Below, in pieces: positions 1 through 9,566 of a stretch of DNA of 32,000 nt; position 1 is the stretch's first letter, and the number at the start of each line of letters is the position of its first letter. The notes beneath the pieces were generated by a model. That model searched no databases. It was not told the DNA's origin and saw only the letters and a list, made by a program, of their open reading frames with translations. Position numbers and translations under genes: made by a program. The stretch lies in NCBI RefSeq assembly GCF_000284455.1, contig NC_017039.1:2700001-2732000 (forward strand). The letters are read 5' to 3'. Source of the DNA: Synechocystis sp. PCC 6803 substr. PCC-P (GTDB taxonomy: Bacteria > Cyanobacteriota > Cyanobacteriia > Cyanobacteriales > Microcystaceae).

Positions 1-3000
1 AATGCGAGAAAAGCCTAAGGATTTGGCTAAATGCTTGAGCTTAACCACTTTAAATAATTCCTCCACCGGACTTGGTAACATACCATACCGATCGCCCCAA
101 TCCAAGGCAATTTTCGGCAACTCATCAGTGGATTCAATGCTAGTAATGCGACGATAGGCGGCCATTTTTTCTTCTAAATCGGGAATGTAGTCGCTGGGAA
201 TAAAGGCAGTGAGAGGTAAATCTATTTGGGTATCTTCCACTTTGGGAATTTCCTGACCCTGGATTTCTTTAATGGCATCTTGCAACATCTCCATATAAAA
301 CTCATAACCGATCGCCTCCATTTGCCCCGATTGTTCTGCACCCAAAAGATTACCTACGCCCCGAATTTCCATATCCCTAGTGGCCAGTTGATAACCGGAA
401 CCAAGTTGGCTGAATTCTTGCAATGCCCGCAGTCTTAATCTAGCTTTTTCCGTTAACTGTTTTTGGTTAGGATAGAGCAACCAAGCATGGGCTTGAATAC
501 CCGATCGCCCTACCCGACCCCGCAGTTGATAAAGTTGGGCCAAGCCAAATTTTTGGGCATCTTCAACAATAATTGTGTTTACCCTGGGAATATCCAAACC
601 AGCTTCGATGATAGTAGTACAAACTAAAATGTCCGCCTCACCATCATTGAAAGCTAACATAGTACTTTCCAACTCAGATTCCTCCATTTGACCATGACCA
701 ATGGCAATGCGAGCACTGGGCACCATTTGTCGCAGTTGTCCTCCCAATTCCTCAATACCTTCAATGCGAGGCACGACATAAAAAACCTGCCCACCCCGGT
801 CTAGCTCGTTACGAATGGCGGTGCGAATTACTTCGGGATTGTAGGGAGATAAATGGGTTTTAATGGGGCGACGGGAAGGTGGCGGTGTGGTAATCAGACT
901 CATTTCCCGAATGCCGGAAAGGGACATATAAAGGGTACGGGGAATGGGAGTTGCCGTTAGGGTTAATACATCTACTTCCGTTTTCAGGGTCTTAATTTTT
1001 TCCTTTTGGTTAACACCAAAGCGCTGTTCTTCGTCAATAACTAAAAGTCCTAAATCTTTAAATTTTACCGATGTACCTAATACCTGTTGGGTACCTACCA
1101 CAATATCTAATTCACCACTTTTTAACTTGGCTAAAATCTCCTTTTTCTCCGAAGCAGTGCGAAAACGATTCAGTAAACCAATGGTGATGGGATAGGGAGC
1201 AAATCTTTCTTTAAGGGTGTGGTAATGCTGTTGGGTTAACACCGTGGTGGGAGCTAGTAAAGCCACCTGTTTATTGCCACTGGTCACGGCCTTAAAAATG
1301 GCCCGCACCGCCACTTCTGTTTTGCCAAAGCCCACATCCCCACACACTAATCTATCCATCGGGCGATCTCCTTCCAAATCCCTTTTCACATCCTGTACTG
1401 CTTTTAGTTGATCGGGGGTGGGTTGGTAGGGGAAAGAATCTTCCAATTCCTGTTGCCAGGGACTATCCGGCGGATAGGCATAACCCACCTGTTTTGCCCG
1501 CTTAGCATAAAGATTGAGCAAATCAACGGCCAATTTTTTAACTGCTTTGCGGACTTTATTTTTGGTGGCTTCCCACACTTTACCGCCCATTTTATGCAGT
1601 TCGGGAGGTCTAGTTCCCGTATGGCGAAAGCGGGATAAACTGTCCAAACTATCGGCGGGCACCCGCAAAATGCCGTCGGCATATTGGATCATTAAATATT
1701 CCCGATTAGCCAACGCATCCAACTTCAAAAATTTGCCAATGCCATGACTTTTGTGGACTACATAATCCCCAGGGGAAAGTTTATTAATGTCAACTTGTTT
1801 AGACGTAGCCCGTCGCCGTTTCCGCACATATTCCGGTGTAGCTAAAGCATGCTGACCAAATAATTCTCGATCCGTGACTAAAACTAAACGAAAGGTCGGT
1901 AAGATAAACCCTTCTAATTCCGCTAATCCTGAATACTTTAACGTCACCGCTGTCCGTTGAATCTGACTTTTTTCAATGGCAGGATAATCCCTCGGATTGG
2001 CAATAAATTGCACCGCACAATCATGTTCCTGCAACAAAGAAACAGTACGACTGGGCTGGGCTGAAATCAACCAAGTGCTGTATTGTCCCAACGTCAAACC
2101 GCTATAAATTTCCCGTTTCCCCCGTAAAATTTCTGCCAACTTAGCAAACTGGTGGGGCATGGTGGGGATGGGTCGAGCTGAAATATCTAAACTATCCCCA
2201 TTCGCTTCGTGGATTTCTGACAGGGTAATGTATTGAAAATCTGTTTTTAGGCGATCGCCAAGGGCCGAAAAATTTCGATGTAATTGGGGTAAATTCGGTA
2301 ACTGCAAAGCTGACCAATCCTGGGCCACCGCCTCAAACCACCGTTCACTGTGGGCCGCACATTGCTCTGGTTCATCCAGTACACAGACTGTTTCTGTCGG
2401 TAAATAATCTAATAAACAAGCCGGTTCAGTAAAGGCGAGACCCAAAAATCGCTGTAATCCCTCTTTGCCGAATAATTGCTCCGTTTCCGCATCTTCTCCC
2501 CAAGCAGAGAGATCAATGGCCTGGGCATTTAACGCCGGTTCGATCACCTGATCAAAACTGGTGGGGGTCAGCACCAAACCAGTTAAGTCATCCAAGGAAC
2601 GCTGGCTAGCAGGATCAAACTCCCGGATTTTTTCCAACTCATCACCAAACCATTCCAGCCGCACCGGTAGCTCCGCCGACACTGGGAAAATATCAACAAT
2701 ATCCCCCCGCCGACTCCATTGCCCCTCTGTTTCCACCGTACTGCCACGCTCGTAGCCCAACCTCGCTAGGGTAAGCTCCAGACTTTTGCTATCCATCTCC
2801 TGACCGCGTCGTAGGGCCAAACAGTATTCCCGTAAGGTTGCCACCGGGGGTAAATGGGGCTGTAGGGCCTTTTCTGTAGCGACGATCGCCTTGCCCTTAA
2901 CCTGATGGCCCTGGATTAATTCTGCCAACACCTGCATTTGTCCCCAAACCATTTCCGACTCTAGTCGCCCAGGGTCATAGGGGGAAGCTTCAGAAGTGGG

Positions 3001-3246
3001 GTAAAAATTAACGGTTTGCCAACCCATCAGTTCCAACTGGGCTGTCCAGCGCCCCGCTTCCTCCAACGTGGCAGTGATGACCAAAAGATTTTTCTCCAGG
3101 GACTGGGCCAAACTGGAAACGATTAGGCCTTTGGGTAACCGGGGTAGGCCACTGAGTTGCACATGGCCCCGCTTTTGCAATTTTTCCCGCAGGTCTTTGC
3201 TCAACGGTAAGGTTTGCAGATGGCGGAGTATGGAGGAAAAGGTCAT
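1..3246 (-). CDS. mfd: Transcription-repair coupling factor Mfd, N-terminal ~1082 aa; the 3' end lies outside the window
   Basis: Open minus-strand frame from the left edge to an ATG at 3246. It reads [27 protein letters not shown]... and continues into the SF2 helicase region. The track omits it because it runs off the edge; only shadow ORFs are listed there. Confidence 0.9.
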
Positions 3247-3504
3247 TGGGTTCAGAGCAGAGGAGATACTAACAAATCTTAGCCTGTTCCCCAGCCCGAC
3301 AGAATCCTTGTCCCTATTCCGATTGCCCTGTTTGAGGACAGCCCTAGGCTCAGCCATGGCCAATCATCCCTAGTAAGGTCGACCCCTAGGAAAACTTTTG
3401 CCCTTGTTCAGTTATCAAAAACAGGTACAGCAAGAACCCCATCCCAACTCCTAGCAAATTTCAGGGTGGAGGGAAGCTAAACAAATTCTGCAATTAGACA
3501 AAGT

Positions 3505-3810
3505 TCAATTACCCTTATCCTGGCGCAGAAAGACCCGATAAACTCCGTAGAGAATGACGAGCAAAATAGCCAAAGTGACCAGGGAAGCCACAAACTTCAG
3601 CACCTGGGTCAGCACCGAAAAAGCAACAAACAAAACGGCGATCGCCACAGCGCCTTTGGCGGGGAGGGGCAAATTATCAAACCATTGTTGGAACTGCAAC
3701 CAATATCTACGGGCTGCATCAGTGATGCCATCGTCTCCCGTATCGTAGGAATCTACCACCTCCACTTTGGGGGTTTTAACTTCCTGATCCTGATAATCTG
3801 ATGGGGTCAT
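3505..3810 (-). CDS. Small membrane protein with a C-terminal hydrophobic helix, function unknown
   Basis: 101 aa ORF with hydrophobic stretch GAVAIAVLFVAFSVLTQVLKFVASLVTLAILLVILYGVYRVFL; a HIP1 site lies inside it. Confidence 0.7.
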   Translation of the reverse strand: MTPSDYQDQEVKTPKVEVVDSYDTGDDGITDAARRYWLQFQQWFDNLPLPAKGAVAIAVLFVAFSVLTQVLKFVASLVTLAILLVILYGVYRVFLRQDKGN

Positions 3811-4559
3811 AGATTGGTTTTCCTAACAAAAATCATCACCAAGTCAACCACTGGGGCTATTGGCCAAGGATCGTAGCATAACTCCCTGCCCTCTTTGGTA
3901 AGGTAACTGCTTGGGGTCTGGGGGGTAAGACTAATAATTGCGGTGACCCACAATCAAATTCTTTGGTCAACCACCAACTCTCCCGACCCTTTGCCAAGAC
4001 TGGCTAAGCATACCGCCATCAGAGGGAAGTTTCCTTGATGGGACTTTTTTGCCAACAGGATTCCAGCAGGGAGATCTGATACATGGACCAAAAATGGCTC
4101 AATCGCCATGTGGATTTTGACTCTCGACTAAAAATAGGTTGATTCAAGTAACAAAACCAGAAACGGGATACTTGTCTGAGCTTCCAGAACATGGTCGGTT
4201 TCCTCCCAAAACATTGAGTTGATATGTTCACAAAAGATTTGATCTGCTGTTGATCACCCACCACTATCCAAATTGTCCCACTGCTTTTTGGAAACGGAAC
4301 AAATTCTTTACACCTTGTAATGCAAGCTTTTACAGACCTTAATAAACTTTGTTTATCTCTCTAATAAGATTTTCTGGGGCCTAACCCCCAATTTACGTGG
4401 TAGTTTGTGGAAGCCCATAGCGAAAATCTTGTCCGCCTTTTTGTACTATGCGTGGATGAGTGGGACTGCCTGGGACTCACCAATCTATTTGCCTGAGTTT
4501 TCACCACCGACCTCTGATTCAATCGGGGTTTGCAGTCCTTGACCTTTACCTCTAAGTCT

Positions 4560-5525
4560 ATGAAAGGAATTAACGTTTGTCGCTCGATCGCCGGTGTTAT
4601 TGGCACAGCGAGTTTGACAACCCTGGTGTGGGGTAACTGCCCTTCTGGATTGTTGGCCTTAAATGCCATCACCCAAGCAGATGCTCCGACAGCTGTTTCA
4701 GAGAATAATTCTTCTCTAGCTCCCTTAGAATCTTCCGTTACCGCCACTTCTTCTACCCCGGCACCTGCTTTCCAAGACACCGAACTAATTTCTTTAGTTC
4801 CCCACCAAGGGCCGGAAAATCGTTTAGCTGTTACCCTGCGGGTGAACCAAATTCCCGTGGTCACCTTTTTGGGCACCGCCACTGAGTTGGCTGCTCTGAG
4901 CAATGACCAAGTCACCGACACCATGGAGCGGGCCCAGACCGTTGCCCGTCGCCTGGACGAACTGAGCGGGGCTGAGTTCTTTGACCCAAGCACCATCAAA
5001 GTGGGTCTAGATGCCACTACCCGCCAACTGGTGGTCAAATCTGAAGACGAAATTCTGCTGACTATCAACAAAAATACTGTTTTACCAGAAAAAAAACTCT
5101 CCGCCCCGGAAACTGCTCTGCAAACCGCTAACCGTCTGCGCCGTTTGTTGGGGGGAGCAGAACCCATTGTGGCTTTACCAGCAGCTCTGCAGGTGGCCCG
5201 GGTCAACACCTTTGATGCTGCCGCAACCATTAAAAGGATCAAGGGGGGTATTGCTTCCTGGTATGGTCCTGGATTCCATGGCCGACGCACAGCCAACGGT
5301 GAACGTTTTAACCAAAACGCTCTAACGGCGGCCCATCGAACTTTGCCCTTCGGTACTAGGGTGAAGGTGACCAATCTTCGCAACGGCCAGTCTGTGGTGG
5401 TGCGTATTAATGACCGGGGGCCCTTTACTGGGGGACGGGTAATTGATCTTTCCGCCGGAGCGGCCAGGGCGATCGGTATCCATAGCAGCGGCGTGGGTAA
5501 TGTTGCCCTGGACATTGTGCAGTAA
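4560..5525 (+). CDS. rlpA: RlpA-like septal ring lytic transglycosylase / double-psi beta-barrel protein with signal peptide
   Basis: C-terminus [61 protein letters not shown] is a typical RlpA domain. Internal Met at 4560 gives a better signal peptide than the track start at 4530. Confidence 0.88.
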   Translation: MKGINVCRSIAGVIGTASLTTLVWGNCPSGLLALNAITQADAPTAVSENNSSLAPLESSVTATSSTPAPAFQDTELISLVPHQGPENRLAVTLRVNQIPVVTFLGTATELAALSNDQVTDTMERAQTVARRLDELSGAEFFDPSTIKVGLDATTRQLVVKSEDEILLTINKNTVLPEKKLSAPETALQTANRLRRLLGGAEPIVALPAALQVARVNTFDAAATIKRIKGGIASWYGPGFHGRRTANGERFNQNALTAAHRTLPFGTRVKVTNLRNGQSVVVRINDRGPFTGGRVIDLSAGAARAIGIHSSGVGNVALDIVQ

Positions 5526-5849
5526 TAGTTAAAAACCTATAATTTCGGGCTATGCCATTGTCCCTCAGCATAATGACTTTCCCAGCTTTCCCCAGGGTCT
5601 TGGGGGCACAATTATCCCTGGCATAGTCCATGCTCAATATTTAGAGCAATTAACTCCTGCCGGTTTGATTTGTCCAAGGCGATCGGCGGTTTTATTTTGA
5701 TGATTGATGGGCGATCTCGTCCTCTATCCCTTGTCGTTGTTGTTGGAAGAATTTCAGAAAGTGTTTGAAAAGTTTGAGAGTTTCAAGAAAGTAATGAGAG
5801 GCGCCAGTTGCGTAGTAGTTCTATGCTGCCATTGACCCTGAATTTGGCA

Positions 5850-5950
5850 AATATTGCCATGGTGATATCAATGCTTACCCTCGACAAAGCCATTTTTGAC
5901 GACATTTCCATAACCACATTGAGGACAGTGACAGTGTGTAGGCATCTTTC
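5850..5950 (-). pseudogene. Relic of a transposase N-terminus (InsA-like zinc ribbon)
   Basis: Minus-strand reading from about 5946: MPTHCHCPQCGYGNVVKNGFVEGKH, then a stop. The CPxCG..xVVKNGxxxGK pattern is typical of InsA/IS1-type zinc ribbons. No intact transposase is nearby. Confidence 0.5.
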
Positions 5951-6083
5951 CAAAAGCTCATTACCCAATATTCTCTATCATGCCATATCATTATTTATTT
6001 GAAAATCTAAAAAAGCTTAGAATGAAGGCTCCCCACTGCAACTAGCGGGGAATTAGACCCTAGAGATTCAACGTGATGCTTCT

Positions 6084-6785
6084 CTATACTGCCAAAAATT
6101 TTTGGATAACCTCCTGGCTCAAAGTTTGGGTTTCCCCGGATGCCACAATGCCCCCTTTTTGCATGGCGTAGTAACGATCAGCCTGGCGGACAAAGTGCAA
6201 ATGCTGTTCCACCAAAAGGACGGAAATACCTGTGGCGGCAATAATCCGTTTTACCGCTGCTTCAATTTCTAGAATGATGGATGGTTGAATGCCCTCCGTG
6301 GGTTCATCCAACAGCAATAGTTTCGGCTGGCCCATCAAAGCTCTGGCGATCGCCAATTGTTGTTGCTGACCACCACTCAAGTCCCCTCCCCAGCGAGAAA
6401 GCATGGTTTTGAGCACAGGGAAAAGCTCGAAAATTTCATCGGGAATGCCTTTTTGCCGTTGACTTTTATCGGCACAGGCTTCCAGTCCCAGCAGTAAATT
6501 TTCCTGCACTGTCAAGCGGGGAATAATTTCCCGCCCCTGGGGCACATAGCCAATACCTAAACGGGCCCGTTTATCCGTCGGCACGGAATTCAACTGGCGA
6601 TCGCCATATACTACGTAACCACTGCGGGGGGAAAGCAGTCCCATAATGGTTTTAAGGAGAGTAGTTTTACCAACCCCATTGCGCCCGATCAAACATACCA
6701 TCTGTCCCGGAGCAATGGACATGTCTACATTACGTAAAATATGACTTTCTCCGTAATACACATTCAGGTCGGAAATTTGTAGCAT
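6084..6785 (-). CDS. urtE: Urea/branched-chain amino acid ABC transporter ATP-binding protein UrtE (LivF-like)
   Basis: Walker A GRNGVGKTT, signature LSGGQQQQLAIARAL, Walker B LLLLDEPTEG. Start MLQISDLNVYYGESHILRN matches UrtE/LivF N-termini. Track ORF extends to 6833. Confidence 0.85.
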   Translation of the reverse strand: MLQISDLNVYYGESHILRNVDMSIAPGQMVCLIGRNGVGKTTLLKTIMGLLSPRSGYVVYGDRQLNSVPTDKRARLGIGYVPQGREIIPRLTVQENLLLGLEACADKSQRQKGIPDEIFELFPVLKTMLSRWGGDLSGGQQQQLAIARALMGQPKLLLLDEPTEGIQPSIILEIEAAVKRIIAATGISVLLVEQHLHFVRQADRYYAMQKGGIVASGETQTLSQEVIQKFLAV

Positions 6786-6910
6786 GGGGACGATCCAATT
6801 AGCCAAGAATGGGGGAAAGGATAACATAGCCATCCAGAATGTTCAAACGTCCCGTCAACCTTTGCTAATTATTCCTCCCAATGGGATGGGATTGGGGCAA
6901 TTAAGAGCGC

Positions 6911-8212
6911 TTAAAGATCAAGGTGAGTAAAAGCTTTTGCTCCCTGGCCAGTATAGGTGGCGGCAATGTGACCATGGCCCCACAATTGGTACTTATAGGT
7001 GACCAAACCCTCCAAACCCACTGGCCCCCGGGGCGGCATTTTCTGGGTACTGATGCCCACCTCTGCGCCAAAACCATAACGGAAACCATCGGCAAAGCGG
7101 GTACTGCAATTGTGGTAAACCCCGGCGGAGTCCACCCGCTGACAAAACTGCTCTGCGGCGGTTAAATCTTCGCTAATAATGCCATCGGTGTGCTTAGAAC
7201 CGTACTGGTTAATATGGTCGATCGCCGCTTCGAGGGAATCAACAATTTTGATGGAGAGGATTAGATCACTATACTCGGTGCACCAATCTGCTTCGGTGGC
7301 GGGTTCACAGTCAATTAATTTTTGAGTTCCACTATCTCCCCGCAAACTAACCCCTTTTTCCCCCAATGCCTGGGCCAAGGGTGGTAAAAATTCAGCGGCG
7401 ATCGCCTGGTGGACTAAAAGAGTTTCAATGGCATTGCAGGCGGCGGGATATTGGGTTTTGGCATCCACTGTGATGGGGATAGCCTTACTAAGATCAGCTT
7501 GAGCATCCAGATAAAGATGACAAATACCATCGGCGTGGCCCAACACAGGAATTTGGGTGTTTTGTTGAATGTATTGGACAAATTCGTTGGAACCCCGGGG
7601 AATAATCAAATCCACATACTGGTTCAGACCCAATAATTCCCGAATTTCCTCCCTGGTGGTGAGTAGGTTGATCGCTTCAGGACTCACAACGGTTTTCGCC
7701 AAGGCCGTTTGAATCACTTCAGTCAAAACTTGACAGGAGCGGGTAGCCTCTCGACCCCCTTTGAGAATTACGGCGTTGCCGGATTTGATCGCCAAACTAC
7801 TAATTTGGATTAGGGCCTCCGGACGCGCTTCAAAAATCACCCCCAAAACCCCTAGGGGACAACCAACCCGCTTTAACACTAAACCCTCGTCCAATTGGCG
7901 GTGGAGGGTAACTTGGCCCAAGGGATCGGGTAAATGCTCCACATCCTTCACCCCCGCAATGGTGCTTTTGAGCTTACTTTCCCCCAACAACAGACGGTTA
8001 TAAAGGGGTTTGGCAATGCCCATGGCTTCCGCAGCCGCACAATCTTCCTGGTTGGCAGCCAAAATTTCTGGCATAGCGGCCGTTAAACCATCAGCTATGG
8101 CGGCGATCGCCTGATTACGTTCGGCGGTGTTTAAACTACCCAGATGGAGGGCCGCTTGACGAGCATTGTGGGCCAGGGTGTGGAGGGCAGAAAGGCTTGG
8201 GGAAATAACCAT
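6911..8212 (-). CDS. proA: Gamma-glutamyl phosphate reductase
   Basis: 433 aa ORF with [38 protein letters not shown] and [38 protein letters not shown]. Confidence 0.95.
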
Positions 8213-8337
8213 GGGTTAGACGTTGACGATGCAGATACTTTAGTTATTTTTCGGACAGGGCAACTTTGGGGGGCAAACAGCAAAGCGCAGGGGAAAGTAT
8301 TTAAAAATATTTACGGCTTGAACCTGGGGGAATGGCT

Positions 8338-8970
8338 TTAATGATCCAGAGCCGATCGCCCTTGACGACCCAAACGAAAAATCAGGAAAGAGAGGAAATA
8401 CATCACATAGGCCACTAGGCCCACAATGCCCAAAAAGCCGAGAAATCCGGTGTTGGAATTAGCGTGGAACCAAGCCTTGTAATGGAGAGGGGGCTGGAGC
8501 CAAACCTGACAGAAACTTTCTGCCCCACCAATGCCATTCAGCCCACAGGAGAGGAAAGGAATATTTACCAAGATGGCAAAGCAGGAAAAAATAGTGATGG
8601 CCCATCGCCAAGTGGTGGTGGCCAATTTCAAAGGAGAAGGGGGTAAATCTTTGATTTCATCATTGAGGTCCACCCAAAACCATAAACTAATGGGAATTAG
8701 ACAACGGGCGGCAAAACCAGTGAAGAAAGCCAATGACCAGCCGGGAATCAGGAGATAAACCGTTACCACCAACAGGCTGGCCACGCGCCAATAGATAATT
8801 AGCAAGCGATTGATGGCATCCACCCGCTTAAATGCCGACCAAATGATCAGCACCAAGGGGATAAACACAGAAACGATGACCGCTAAGCGATAGTCCAACC
8901 AGATTAACCGCAACCAAATACCGTCTACTTCCATAACACCATCGAAAAATTTGACAAAACCAAGGGGCAA
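8338..8970 (-). CDS. Multi-pass membrane protein, function unknown
   Basis: 210 aa ORF with several hydrophobic segments (LAVIVSVFIPLVLIIWSAF, VASLLVVTVYLLIPGWSLAFFTGF, TGFLGFLGIVGLVAYVMYFLSFLIF). Confidence 0.65.
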   Translation of the reverse strand: MPLGFVKFFDGVMEVDGIWLRLIWLDYRLAVIVSVFIPLVLIIWSAFKRVDAINRLLIIYWRVASLLVVTVYLLIPGWSLAFFTGFAARCLIPISLWFWVDLNDEIKDLPPSPLKLATTTWRWAITIFSCFAILVNIPFLSCGLNGIGGAESFCQVWLQPPLHYKAWFHANSNTGFLGFLGIVGLVAYVMYFLSFLIFRLGRQGRSALDH

Positions 8971-9069
8971 TGCACACCAAAATGTGAACCCCCAGCTTTG
9001 CTAGGCTACCAAATTTTCAGACCAGTTTACGGGATTAACCGTCAGCGTCATTCAGTGGAAACAAAAAGA

Positions 9070-9249
9070 CTACTTTGCGTCTAGACTTTTAAGGATTTTT
9101 TGAGCTAAAAACTCCTTGATTTCTGTATGTCGAGGCACAGCTTCAACAATTCCAGTTGTAGGATTAATCCAAAGAGAGTGGGAGCCACCTTCTTGCTTTA
9201 AACAACAACCAGCCTGCCGCAACTTTTTCTCTAAATCCTTACGCTTCAT
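9070..9249 (-). CDS. hicA: HicA-family mRNA interferase toxin (59 aa), absent from the ORF track
   Basis: Hand translation: MKRKDLEKKLRQAGCCLKQEGGSHSLWINPTTGIVEAVPRHTEIKEFLAQKILKSLDAK*. GGSH..W plus PRH.EI is the HicA dsRBD-like fold signature. Overlaps the hicB stop by 4 nt (ATGA). Confidence 0.88.
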   Translation of the reverse strand: MKRKDLEKKLRQAGCCLKQEGGSHSLWINPTTGIVEAVPRHTEIKEFLAQKILKSLDAK

Positions 9250-9464
9250 GGAATTAGAATCGTTTCTTCAATGGCCTCTTCAGGTAAACCTCGACGAATA
9301 TCTTCCAGGCGATCTTCAACAATAAGTTGTATGGCACTTTTCAAGCTAGCTTTTGCTTCTGCTATAGTGTCACCTTGACCATTAGCTCCAGGAATTTCTG
9401 GACAAATAGCCCAATATCCCCCATCCTCAGCGGCTTCAATAATTGCAGTTAGTTCAGCTTTCAT
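9246..9464 (-). CDS. hicB: HicB-family antitoxin (72 aa)
   Basis: MKAELTAIIEAAEDGGYWAICPEIPGANGQGDTIAEAKASLKSAIQLIVEDRLED is the typical HicB partial RNase H-like domain, directly upstream of hicA. Confidence 0.88.
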   Translation of the reverse strand: MKAELTAIIEAAEDGGYWAICPEIPGANGQGDTIAEAKASLKSAIQLIVEDRLEDIRRGLPEEAIEETILIP

Positions 9465-9482
9465 GATGAGTTTCTCCCAATG

Positions 9483-9512
9483 GTAAATAGCAGTAAATGT
9501 CAGTTTATTTAC
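9483..9512. promoter_or_regulatory. Candidate hicBA operator: three GTAAAT half-sites, two direct (10 bp apart) and one inverted
   Basis: GTAAAT at 9483-9488 and 9493-9498, ATTTAC at 9507-9512, about 20-50 bp upstream of the hicB start codon. Confidence 0.4.
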
Positions 9513-9566
9513 GTTAACATTGCTTGCAAAATTGCTGGATATGCTATTCGAAGATAAAAAGTATTT

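Noticed and set aside
4019-4264. 81-aa minus-strand ORF in the mfd-side to rlpA intergenic region
   Set aside because: No family resemblance, upstream promoter or ribosome site recognised. Kept only as possible non-coding filler.
4361-5515. Long minus-strand ORF as a real gene
   Set aside because: It is fully antisense to a well-recognised rlpA gene and has low-complexity shadow-like composition.
5783-6002. Two small overlapping ORFs as genes
   Set aside because: They overlap on opposite strands in a decayed transposase region with no recognisable domains in those frames.
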